The notes beneath the pieces are model-generated. The model saw only the letters and a list, made by a program, of their open reading frames with translations, had not been told where the DNA came from and did not search any database. Of a DNA stretch of 50,494 bases, positions 27,366-35,779 are shown one piece after another. Source of the DNA: a virus (Duplodnaviria > Caudoviricetes); the IMG/VR virus record IMGVR_UViG_3300000233_000011, positions 1 through 50,494 of that record. The stretch is one strand, 5' to 3'. Position 1 is the stretch's first letter; each line of letters begins with the position of its first letter. A program made the position numbers and the translations under genes.

Positions 27366-29383
27366 GCCGCGAGCGCATCAACCTCCTCTACGTCACCCCA
27401 GTTCGGACCGATCTCAAGGTCACAGATCACGGGGACGCGGAGGGGGATGACCGTTTGCATGATGTGGTGCATCTCGCGGAAGGCTTCGCGCGTTGCAGGC
27501 GTATCGTCAACCTGCGAGAAGTCGAGTTCGTCGTGAACCGTCAAACGCGGGACCCCTGTCACAGCGAACACCCCGCGCTGGTAACATTCAACCATTGCCT
27601 TCTTCATCATGTCAGCCGATGACCCTTGCAGGGTGTAGTTCAACGTGCGGTAAAGATACGCACGCTGGATGTTGTAACCGTATTCGCGGACGGCCAACTC
27701 GTAAGGCAACGCCTTGCCCTTGGTGCCCCAGTCTGACGGCTCCCAGGTATTGAAGCGCGTCCGACGACCCAGGATCGTTTTGTTGTAACCGTATGTGTTG
27801 GCGAAGTCGGAAAGCAACTTCATCGTCTCGCGCGCAAACGGCACGCCCTTGTGATAAGCCTTGGACAGCTCCTCGGCCTCTTTCATCGACACACCCAGAT
27901 CCTTCGCCAGCTTGGCAAGCCCCATGCCATACGCAAGACCGAAGTTGATGTTCTTGGTATGTGAACGCGACAGCTTGACCCCTGTCACCTTCTCGATCAG
28001 GGCCGCGGTCGATGCGTGATAGTCGGTGCGCGGGTCGTTCAGATACATCTCACGAATGGCATCTGATCCCTCGCCAACTGCGAAGTGTGCAAGCAGTCGA
28101 TACTCAATCTGCGAATAGTCATACTTCCGCCATTGGAAGTGGCCGCTGTCCTTGATAAAGGCTTTGCGGATCAGCTTGCCTTCTTTGCTGCGTGTCGGAA
28201 TGTTTTGCAGGTTGGGATCAGCCGATGCGAACCGCCCCGTCTTGGCCCCGCCCTCGGTCCCTGACAACGGGTTAAACGACCCGTGGACCTTGCCTTTCAC
28301 GTTCTTCTCGAGCAGGTAGCCTTCCACGAAGGTTCCACGCAGTTTCGCAAGCTCACGCGCCCGAGTAATCAACTGTGGAAACTCGTGCGGGTGATGCGTC
28401 AAGAACTCTTTGACGAATGAAGGATTGCCGTCCGGCTTGGCAGCTGTTGCAGCTGTGCGGGGGTATGACAGCCCGATCTTGTCAAACGCGCGTGACAACG
28501 AATCCGCAGCGTTGATGTTGACGCCGAAACCTGCAATCGCGTCAATTTGTGCCTGGATTTCACGTTCCCCAGCGTGCAACGTGTCACGCAGCTTGTCAGC
28601 ATACGCAACGTCCACAGAAACCCCGGCAAATCGCATATCAACGAGCAGGTTAATCAGGGAACATTCGAGGTCAAACAGTTCTGTCTGCCCCTCGGCCACG
28701 AGCAGGGGCCATTGCTTCGTCATAACCTCAAGCGGCAGGCTCGCGTCAATCTCCCCGTATGTGCCCACAAGCGACACAGGGGCGCGGTAAATGTCTTTGC
28801 GCCAATTCTTGACGCCCGACCCGTAGTATGTCATGCACCAATCTTTGAGCAGATCAGTCGCCTTGCCTGCGCCCGTGTATTTCTGTCCGAGCTCTTCCAG
28901 GTTGACTTTGCTTTCTTCGCTGAGCAACGCCTCTGCGAACTGCACGTCCATCAGTTTGCCGCCGACCCTGATCCCCTCTTGGCGCAACCAGCCCACGTCA
29001 TAGATCAGGTTCGCCCCTACCTTCGGCGTGGGCGTCTCAAGCATCGCCTTCGCCCATCGCATGACGAGATCCGGGTCCATGTTCATTTCTGATTGAACCG
29101 TGTGCTTCATCGGGAAGTACCAACGATGTCCAGGCACCGCAACCGAGATCCCGACGATGTGACCGCTGCCCCGCGCCCACCCAGGACCGGCAGCCGTTAG
29201 ATCAGGGTCAAACGTCTCAGTGTCAAACGCGATGACGGGCGCCCGTGATATGTCGGGCATGAACGCGGGCGGGCGCCAGCCCGTCTCCGGGATCGCAGGC
29301 ATGGGGCCAAGCTCGCGCTCGCCCCGTTTACGCGATGACGGCAGATCTTCCCAAAACAGACCAATGTTGTCGAACCTGCTCAT
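27362..29383 (-). CDS. polA: DNA polymerase family A with 3'-5' exonuclease
   Basis: Exo FDTET, TGRFAS.DPNLQNIP, motif A DYSQIEYR, motif B K.INFGLAYG, QGSSAD and motif C VHDEL. Confidence 0.95.
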   Translation of the reverse strand: MSRFDNIGLFWEDLPSSRKRGERELGPMPAIPETGWRPPAFMPDISRAPVIAFDTETFDPDLTAAGPGWARGSGHIVGISVAVPGHRWYFPMKHTVQSEMNMDPDLVMRWAKAMLETPTPKVGANLIYDVGWLRQEGIRVGGKLMDVQFAEALLSEESKVNLEELGQKYTGAGKATDLLKDWCMTYYGSGVKNWRKDIYRAPVSLVGTYGEIDASLPLEVMTKQWPLLVAEGQTELFDLECSLINLLVDMRFAGVSVDVAYADKLRDTLHAGEREIQAQIDAIAGFGVNINAADSLSRAFDKIGLSYPRTAATAAKPDGNPSFVKEFLTHHPHEFPQLITRARELAKLRGTFVEGYLLEKNVKGKVHGSFNPLSGTEGGAKTGRFASADPNLQNIPTRSKEGKLIRKAFIKDSGHFQWRKYDYSQIEYRLLAHFAVGEGSDAIREMYLNDPRTDYHASTAALIEKVTGVKLSRSHTKNINFGLAYGMGLAKLAKDLGVSMKEAEELSKAYHKGVPFARETMKLLSDFANTYGYNKTILGRRTRFNTWEPSDWGTKGKALPYELAVREYGYNIQRAYLYRTLNYTLQGSSADMMKKAMVECYQRGVFAVTGVPRLTVHDELDFSQVDDTPATREAFREMHHIMQTVIPLRVPVICDLEIGPNWGDVEEVDALAA

Positions 29384-30342
29384 GTGCGAAGCCCCAGGAT
29401 CATTCCGCGCATGCCTTCCGCCAAGAAGCCGCAGGGCTTCGGATGTGGCATAAAGTCAATATGCGTGACCCCCTCAAGCAGCATCAGGGCTTGGTATGAG
29501 AACGCTGGCCCCTCTATCAGGTCGTCAACTTCAATGTGCGCCCCGCCGACTTCTTCGTGGTTCGCTGTGGCCACCCCGCCGTCACGGAAGTAAACGCGGG
29601 TCTCCTTGTCCAGGAACGGTTTCAGTTTGTTGAGCGCGTCAAACAGCCCGTCCGGGGTCGGCTCGTATTGGAACTTGTGCATGTCAAACAGCTTGAACGC
29701 CTGATCCGGCCAGTTGGCCGAATACAAAGACGAGCGCAGCCATCGGTCGCCCGAGAAGTGAAACGTGATACTGTTCTCCGTCGCCAACACCTGGACCGGG
29801 TCTTCATTGATGCGCAACAGCTCGGTGATGACCTCTTTCGGAATGTTCATCGGGAACGGGATGTTGTGGCCGTGCCAATACTCGGCAAAGATAATGTTGT
29901 TGGTTGCATATGCCGACTGCCCTTGCAGCATGATGCCCATTGCCCACGGACGCGAAGCGTCAACCCCTGTGAACGGCGACAGGGCGCGGATTGCGTCCAT
30001 GAAGCGCGGCCCCATGTCAACAGGCCACCCGGCGGGCTCGTAAGGCGTCGCAGCGTGCTCTTCTGCGAGGCATTCAACGAGCGCCTTGAACTTGCCCGAC
30101 TTGATCGACAGTCGACCGGTCGGGGTGATGTGCATGGTCATCGTGCCTTCGCAGGCATGGACGGCCTTGGCGAACATGTCGGCTTTCGGCCTCACGTCCA
30201 GGTCAATGTTGATCGGCGCGGACAGAGCCATCATCCCGTTGAACCCGGTGATGCGGCCTTGCGCGATGCGGAAGTGAGTCAACTCCGCAACGTAATCCTT
30301 CTTGGCGACAGCCCCGCGCGTGAACTTGATTGCTTCGATCAT
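29380..30342 (-). CDS. DNA polymerase beta (sliding clamp)-like protein
   Basis: About 320 aa with AV.KK...L.HF, DASRPW..GI.L....AYATN and G.I.G.R end; TGATG-coupled to dpdA. Confidence 0.7.
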   Translation of the reverse strand: MIEAIKFTRGAVAKKDYVAELTHFRIAQGRITGFNGMMALSAPINIDLDVRPKADMFAKAVHACEGTMTMHITPTGRLSIKSGKFKALVECLAEEHAATPYEPAGWPVDMGPRFMDAIRALSPFTGVDASRPWAMGIMLQGQSAYATNNIIFAEYWHGHNIPFPMNIPKEVITELLRINEDPVQVLATENSITFHFSGDRWLRSSLYSANWPDQAFKLFDMHKFQYEPTPDGLFDALNKLKPFLDKETRVYFRDGGVATANHEEVGGAHIEVDDLIEGPAFSYQALMLLEGVTHIDFMPHPKPCGFLAEGMRGMILGLRT

Positions 30343-31244
30343 CAAAAGAACCCCTGCCGTTCGGGGACGAAGCGATCCCCTTCCCATTGTTTATGACGTG
30401 CATACCACGGGAATGCCCATGCGTTCCATGCCCATCGTGAATAGTATAGGTCACGCAGCCGGTCGGGGTCAACATGAAACGAGCGAATCTCCTGCTCGAT
30501 TTGGTGCGTTTCCATCGGCTTCAAACTGTCAAGGTGTTGCCCCGGAATCTTGCGTCGGCTTGACTTGTTCGACACGTCCAGCTGCCCCGTGCGTGTGGGG
30601 ATCAGTATCATGCCGTTTGCAGCCCATTGAACCCACGTTGACGAGTCAACCGAATACCACGGGTAACGCAACATCAGGTCCAGCGACGTGAGACCGAAGC
30701 CGTGAACTTTAACCTTCGGCGTGCCATCGGGATGCGTGAGATAGCGTTCCCACAGGTCGTCCAGCCACACCCGGAGCTGCGGCGTCGAGATCGGCACCAT
30801 GCCCCCGAATGTGATATAGTCATACTTCTCAACGTAATACTTGAGCAGATCAATCGGCTCGCCGTAGTGGAAGCAGGGGAGGGGCTGCACCCCGCGACGT
30901 TCCATCTCTTCCTGATTGCGCCATGTGCCTTCGGGATCGCCGATGGCGTCGAGCACGGACGGGAACATGATGATGTCCGCGTTCTTGTGGATGTAATCGC
31001 AGTAGCGTCCAACGTCGATGCTCACCCCCTGCGTGTAAGCCGAGAACGCACCAGAGTCGAGGAACACCTTGATGCCCTCGGCCCTGATGCGCTGGACGTG
31101 ACGTTCGGAATGGATGTAGTGATACGACTCCAGGAACCATTGGACGCTATCGCGCATCCACCGTTCCGTGTTGTCCAGCTTTGCATACACCTTCCCCGCC
31201 CGATTGAAGTTGGACGTGTAAATGCCTGCCTGGAAAAGATTCAT
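30342..31244 (-). CDS. dpdA: DpdA-like DNA 7-deazaguanine transglycosylase (TGT paralog)
   Basis: VFLDSGAFS, LD.IGD, P.FH.GE, GG.V, VHGFG.T and YPW.SVDSSTW; next to the que genes. Confidence 0.8.
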   Translation of the reverse strand: MNLFQAGIYTSNFNRAGKVYAKLDNTERWMRDSVQWFLESYHYIHSERHVQRIRAEGIKVFLDSGAFSAYTQGVSIDVGRYCDYIHKNADIIMFPSVLDAIGDPEGTWRNQEEMERRGVQPLPCFHYGEPIDLLKYYVEKYDYITFGGMVPISTPQLRVWLDDLWERYLTHPDGTPKVKVHGFGLTSLDLMLRYPWYSVDSSTWVQWAANGMILIPTRTGQLDVSNKSSRRKIPGQHLDSLKPMETHQIEQEIRSFHVDPDRLRDLYYSRWAWNAWAFPWYARHKQWEGDRFVPERQGFF

Positions 31245-31355
31245 TGCGACCCCTCGTTATATGTCGGGCTCCTCACCCGTGCGGCTATATCGCTGCCGAC
31301 CGCCGACCGCCCGCGTCCCTCTTTCCTGTCAGCCGTGGGATACAGCTGCCGGGGG
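31245..31355 (-). ncRNA. Candidate structured RNA leader of dpdA
   Basis: 111-nt GC-rich intergenic stretch with several stems and a possible pseudoknot. Confidence 0.35.
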
Positions 31356-31790
31356 CTACCCGGACACCGGGGGCGCGACCCCCGGATGCTTCGCAATCAT
31401 TTCCTGCACAAGGTGCGGGCTACGTTGCAGAATCGTCAGTTCCTGCAACATATAGCCGATTTGCGCCGGCGTGACAAGGGGCTGGAAGGACTGCGGCATG
31501 TGTTTGAAGTAGAGCTGCCCACCCAGGTAAAACCCGTGCCACGGGGCCGGCGGGAACGGCCCTTCATACGGCTTCTTGAACTTCTGATCGTAATTGTCAA
31601 CGATCTGGTCAGGGGTGATGAACCCATACTTCGCGCTGAGAATCCAGAATGGGAGGCCGACCTTCTCGGCAATGTCCTTGCCCTTGCGATAGATCATGCC
31701 GCGGTAGAGATCCCCCGCGCGTGAGCGGGGGATGTCAAGCTTTTCCTTGGAGCAGGCCAAGACCAGGATCATGTTCGGGGGCGCGCTCAT
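31356..31790 (-). CDS. DUF6884/YaaA-like protein
   Basis: LACSKEK....A.DLY.G..Y and W.ILSAKYG.I.P....NYD; ATGA-coupled to folE. Confidence 0.7.
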   Translation of the reverse strand: MSAPPNMILVLACSKEKLDIPRSRAGDLYRGMIYRKGKDIAEKVGLPFWILSAKYGFITPDQIVDNYDQKFKKPYEGPFPPAPWHGFYLGGQLYFKHMPQSFQPLVTPAQIGYMLQELTILQRSPHLVQEMIAKHPGVAPPVSG

Positions 31791-32359
31791 TTTGCAAGCC
31801 CCATGAACTCGGCCCGTGCCTCGGGCTGATCCTTGAGCACGCCACGCAGCGCGCTGGTGATCGTGTGGTGACCCTGCTGACACAGGCCACGCGACTCCAT
31901 GCACATGTGACGCGCCTTGATGATGACGCCGACGCCGAGGGGCTGGAGGTGCTTCCAGAGATCTTCGGCAATGTCGTTGGTCAATCGCTCCTGGACTTGG
32001 AGTCGTCGACTATGAAGGTCAACGAGCCGTGAAAGCTTGGACAGACCCACAATTCGGCCGTTGGGGATATACGCAACCGTTGCGGTTCCAAAGATCGGAG
32101 CAAGGTGGTGCTCGCAATGCGAATACACCGGGATATCCTTGACCATGACCATCTCATCGTAGTTCTCACCTCCGTCCTCGAATACCTTGAGGACATCGGC
32201 CGCGGTCTTGTCGTAACCCGATGTCCAGAACTCCCACGCCTTCGCCACACGGTCCGGCGTTTCGATCAGCCCGCCCCGCTCGGGATTCGGCTCAACCGCG
32301 TTGAGCAGCTGCCGGATCACGAGCGAGAGGTTATTCACTTTGCCCAGGTCGTTCTTCAT
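31787..32359 (-). CDS. folE: GTP cyclohydrolase I
   Basis: TP.RVAK, SHCEHHL.P, GLSKL.R, RLQVQERLT and H.CM.SRG. Confidence 0.95.
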   Translation of the reverse strand: MKNDLGKVNNLSLVIRQLLNAVEPNPERGGLIETPDRVAKAWEFWTSGYDKTAADVLKVFEDGGENYDEMVMVKDIPVYSHCEHHLAPIFGTATVAYIPNGRIVGLSKLSRLVDLHSRRLQVQERLTNDIAEDLWKHLQPLGVGVIIKARHMCMESRGLCQQGHHTITSALRGVLKDQPEARAEFMGLAK

Positions 32360-32829
32360 CACGCGAGATCCTCGACCGTCAAGGGCGCGTAGAAGGACGC
32401 GCTGTTGGCCCCGTGCTCGCGCACCGTGACGTGATGGACACGCACCCGCGGCGCGTAGCCGTTGTCCTTCAACCACACTTCGGTGTAGTTGTAGATCAGG
32501 GCCGCGAAGGCTTCACAGCCCGTTGCAGGAACGACCACGACCTGAGCGAGGCCCAGGACCTCCAGCGCCGTCAAAGCGGCCAGGTTCGGATCGTCCTCGG
32601 CCACTAGCAGCTTGTGATCGAACGTCTGCTCCAGCATGCCCTTGAACGACTTGAGCGAACCGAAGTCAACGACCCAGTGGCGAATGTCCAGTTCGTCGGC
32701 CTCGAACTCGACGTGAACCGACAGGGCGTAACCGTGCAGGAAACGGCAATGCGATTGCGCGCGCCATTGACGGAAACAGGACGACAGGCCGATCTCATGG
32801 CCGTATGTTTTGGTTGAGCGGTAGGGCAT
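32359..32829 (-). CDS. queD: 6-carboxy-5,6,7,8-tetrahydropterin synthase
   Basis: SHC.FLHGY, WVVDFG, FDHK.L and V.EH..NSA. Confidence 0.9.
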   Translation of the reverse strand: MPYRSTKTYGHEIGLSSCFRQWRAQSHCRFLHGYALSVHVEFEADELDIRHWVVDFGSLKSFKGMLEQTFDHKLLVAEDDPNLAALTALEVLGLAQVVVVPATGCEAFAALIYNYTEVWLKDNGYAPRVRVHHVTVREHGANSASFYAPLTVEDLA

Positions 32830-33545
32830 CACGAAAAATCCTTTGCAAGGAACCGCTCGTAGCCTGCGGCCCTGATCTGACACGCGGGGCACTCGCCGCA
32901 GCCGTAACCCCAAGAGTGACGCACCCGGCGGTCACCCTCATAGCAAGTATGGCTGTTTTCCAGCACGAAGTCAAGCCCGCCGAGGTTGTCGGCCAGCTGG
33001 AAGGTCTGTGCTTTGTTCAGCCACATGAGCGGGGCGTGGATCGCGATCTGCGAGTTCGACCCGAGGTTGAGGGCGTCGGTCAGCGATGCGATGAAGTCAG
33101 CGCGACAATCGGGGTAGCCCGAATAGTCGGTCTGACAGACACCCGTGACCAGGTGACGTGCGCCCATCGCTTGCGCCCAGGCATGCGCAGCCGTCAGCAG
33201 CATTGCGTTTCGGTTGGGGACGTAGGAGGCCGGCAGCTCAGGGTGCAGGGCGTGGGCGTGCTTCACGTCGCCGTCACCGACAAGGGCCGAGAGCGACACC
33301 TGCGAGATGTGGCCCATGTCAACGACCTTGTGCTTGATGCCCAGCTCACGACAGACCATCTTGGCACAGATCAGCTCGACCTTATGCCGTTGCCCGTAGT
33401 CGAAGGTGATCGCCGCGACCCCGTCTCCGAACATGTCAAGCGCCCACAGCAAACAGGTCACGCTGTCCTGCCCGCCCGACAAGACGACAAGCGCCTTGCC
33501 CTTGTTGTTTTCCAGATGTCCGGAAAGAAGTTCTTCGTTGTCCAT
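32829..33545 (-). CDS. queC: 7-cyano-7-deazaguanine (preQ0) synthase
   Basis: LSGGQDS, FDYGQRH..E, VPNRN, YPDCR and TCY.G..GCG.CPAC..R; no GAT domain. Confidence 0.95.
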   Translation of the reverse strand: MDNEELLSGHLENNKGKALVVLSGGQDSVTCLLWALDMFGDGVAAITFDYGQRHKVELICAKMVCRELGIKHKVVDMGHISQVSLSALVGDGDVKHAHALHPELPASYVPNRNAMLLTAAHAWAQAMGARHLVTGVCQTDYSGYPDCRADFIASLTDALNLGSNSQIAIHAPLMWLNKAQTFQLADNLGGLDFVLENSHTCYEGDRRVRHSWGYGCGECPACQIRAAGYERFLAKDFS

Positions 33546-33550
33546 CGTGC

Positions 33551-34282
33551 TTACTCCAGGTTGAAGATTTTGTGCATCTGCACCCCGGCGATATAGCCGA
33601 ACTGCATTGCTGCCTTGGCGACGGCCTCAGCGTTGCGTTGATTGATCCACGGGTCCTTGTTGTCCATCGGATTCAGGAAGATCGGACCCTTGAACCCTTG
33701 CGGTGGCCGCGCGATGTGAGGGGTCGCCTTGTGGCCGAGCGCCAATGTGGGCAACCCATCGTCCAGGTTCTGATGCTTGCGCTCGAGCACATACTTGAAC
33801 GCCATGGCGTATTCAGCCCAGGACGCATGGATGCGGCTTGTCTTGGGGCTGACCACAACACCAACGAAACCCATCACGATCAACTGCTTGACCTGGTCGC
33901 AGGCTTCAAAGACACCATTGGTTTCGATCTGAACGCGGAACCCCTCGTCTGCCAGGTCCTGGCACAGTGGGCCGAGGCGTTGACGGAACGGTTCCCCGCC
34001 CGTAATGACGATTAGCGGTCGATCAATCCAATCGACCTCCTGCTCGTTGCAGAGCTGGTCAATGCGCTCGATCATCGTCTCCGGGTCGATCAGCTCGCGC
34101 GTTGACGTGTATTCCGTATCACATCCCGGACACATAAGATTGCAGCCCGCAAGGCGTATGAACACCGCGCGCTGTCCGGAAAATGGGCCTTCGCCCTGCA
34201 ATGTGAAGAACATGCTGTGAAGCTCGACACGACCGCGGGGGTCGTCAAACCGCTTCTCGACTGGCTGGGTATTGAGTATCAT
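33551..34282 (-). CDS. queE: 7-carboxy-7-deazaguanine synthase (radical SAM)
   Basis: LQGEG..G, RL.GCNL.C..CDT, TGGEP, IETNG, SPK and Q.HK; AAGGAG SD. Confidence 0.95.
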   Translation of the reverse strand: MILNTQPVEKRFDDPRGRVELHSMFFTLQGEGPFSGQRAVFIRLAGCNLMCPGCDTEYTSTRELIDPETMIERIDQLCNEQEVDWIDRPLIVITGGEPFRQRLGPLCQDLADEGFRVQIETNGVFEACDQVKQLIVMGFVGVVVSPKTSRIHASWAEYAMAFKYVLERKHQNLDDGLPTLALGHKATPHIARPPQGFKGPIFLNPMDNKDPWINQRNAEAVAKAAMQFGYIAGVQMHKIFNLE

Positions 34283-34333
34283 CGTCGCTCCTTGTTTCAA
34301 CGTGCCGCATGACACGCTAACGGGGTAAGGGCT

Positions 34334-34373
34334 GAAAGGGGTGCCCCCACCGCCGGGTCAAAGCGGTGGGGAC
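34334..34373 (-). terminator. Putative terminator hairpin
   Basis: On the - strand CCCCACCGC-loop-GCGGTGGGG followed by CCCTTTC, after the 34412 gene. Confidence 0.55.
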
Positions 34374-34411
34374 GATCAGGCCGACGCTACGCCGCAGCGT
34401 GCTGCGCCTGA

Positions 34412-35056
34412 TTACTGGGCCGCGGCAGCGGCAGCAGCTTCTTCGGCTTTCGCCTTGGCGGCGGCTTCGGCATCAGCCTTGGCTTTCGCAGCGGCTTCCG
34501 CCTTGGCCTTGGCAGCAGCTTCCTTCTCGGCCTTCTTGGCCGCGGCAGCTTCTTCCTTCGCCGTCTTGGCAGCGGCCTTCTCGGCTTCCTTCGCGGCCTT
34601 CTCGGCTTCCTTGGCCGCTTTGGCCTCGGCCGATGCGGTCGATTCCTGGGTCTTCTCGTCGGCGCGCAGCTTCTTCAGCACCTCGGCGACCTTGTGGAAC
34701 CCGCACCAGCGCGAATACTGGGTGGACATCGTGCCGGGCATCGCGTCGGGAACGCGGCGCTTGTATTCTTCGATGACCTCATCCCGCTTCGCGGGCCGGC
34801 CCAGCTTGGCGGACAGCTCGTCGGCCACGTCCCACACAAGGCCGGTCTTCGTGCCAGCGATCGGACGGGTGAACCCGCTCTGACGGACGCGCTGCACCGT
34901 GACGGGGGCCGCAGGGGCTTCGGTCGGGGCTTCGGTCGGGGGTGCGGGCGGAGCCGGGGGAGCCACGGGGGCCGAGCCGGTTTCGTCGGACGGGGCGAAG
35001 CAAACACCGGCGAGGGCCAGCGATGCGAGGGTCGAGGTCAGGAACAGTCGTTTCAT
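34412..35056 (-). CDS. Protein with hydrophobic leader, putative HTH-like core and Ala/Lys/Glu-rich tail
   Basis: GGAG SD, strong codon bias, and its own promoter and terminator. Confidence 0.8.
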   Translation of the reverse strand: MKRLFLTSTLASLALAGVCFAPSDETGSAPVAPPAPPAPPTEAPTEAPAAPVTVQRVRQSGFTRPIAGTKTGLVWDVADELSAKLGRPAKRDEVIEEYKRRVPDAMPGTMSTQYSRWCGFHKVAEVLKKLRADEKTQESTASAEAKAAKEAEKAAKEAEKAAAKTAKEEAAAAKKAEKEAAAKAKAEAAAKAKADAEAAAKAKAEEAAAAAAAQ

Positions 35057-35100
35057 TTTGCTCTCCAGCGATTGATGTGGTAACGTTTCTTTGTTACCGT

Positions 35101-35135
35101 GTATTGAACATAAGGCACTGCTCGTCGGGCGTCAA
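35101..35135 (-). promoter_or_regulatory. sigma70-like promoter
   Basis: TTGACG-N17-TATGTT-caatac. Confidence 0.7.
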
Positions 35136-35157
35136 CACCTTTTTGCCCGAAAAAGGA

Positions 35158-35727
35158 CTACATCCCGTTATTTTTTCGCCAACGGTACACTTGCGCGTTT
35201 GCCGTGTTCGGCGTAACGCCTGCGGCGATTGCGCGCTCCACAGCCACCTTGCGGTCGAATTGTCCAGCCTTGTGCATATCGTCGCACATGCCATGGACAA
35301 AGGCCACGGGGGAGCCTGTGAAGGTGGAACGAGCGCGGAGGCTTGCGTCGTGTCGCGCGCTCACCCCCGTTGGTGCGTCGTCATCGTCACGCCCGGCCCT
35401 GTCAGCTTCCCACAGTGACGGGGTCTGCGGTTCGACAATGAACTCGGCAGGGGGCTTCTCATGCGGCTCGAGTTCGTCAAGCCTGCAACTGATGCGGATG
35501 AGCGGCTTCATCCCGCGTTGACCAACGTGGGTCACGAACCCGATAGGGTTGCGGGGATATTCGCGCACCATGTAATCTTCGGCCCACAATGCGGCCCAGT
35601 CGGCTGCTGCGCCCTCGGTCACCGTGACGTAATGACCCTTGGCTGGATCGTGCAGCGTGTCAAACTTGGTCAAGCCCCGCCGCAACGCTGCGTCAATCGC
35701 CTGCCATCGTCCTGGGTAATGTTGCAT
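35158..35727 (-). CDS. Hypothetical protein with C-terminal HTH-like domain (paralog of 48118..48465)
   Basis: GGAGG SD before the ATG at 35727; C-terminal RKVAVERAIAAGVTPNTANAQVYRWRK. Confidence 0.7.
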   Translation of the reverse strand: MQHYPGRWQAIDAALRRGLTKFDTLHDPAKGHYVTVTEGAAADWAALWAEDYMVREYPRNPIGFVTHVGQRGMKPLIRISCRLDELEPHEKPPAEFIVEPQTPSLWEADRAGRDDDDAPTGVSARHDASLRARSTFTGSPVAFVHGMCDDMHKAGQFDRKVAVERAIAAGVTPNTANAQVYRWRKNNGM

Positions 35728-35747
35728 GTTCGCCTCCATTTGAATTG

Positions 35748-35776
35748 ACATTACACCATGACGGTGCAGGCGTCAA
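35748..35776 (-). promoter_or_regulatory. sigma70-like promoter
   Basis: TTGACG-N17-TAATGT. Confidence 0.65.
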
Positions 35777-35779
35777 CAC

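Noticed and set aside
31245-31358. Readthrough fusion of the DUF6884-like gene to dpdA (in frame)
   Set aside because: Two further in-frame stops (TGA, TAA) lie in the spacer.
31300-31375. Twister, hammerhead or HDV ribozyme in the dpdA leader
   Set aside because: There is a partial resemblance (UCCC loop, GAGGG), but the core motifs (UAA and AAGC, or CUGANGA) are missing. An Infernal search is needed to exclude this fully.
34990-35056. Lipoprotein signal in the Ala/Lys-rich protein
   Set aside because: AGVC does not fit the lipobox consensus because Val is at -1.
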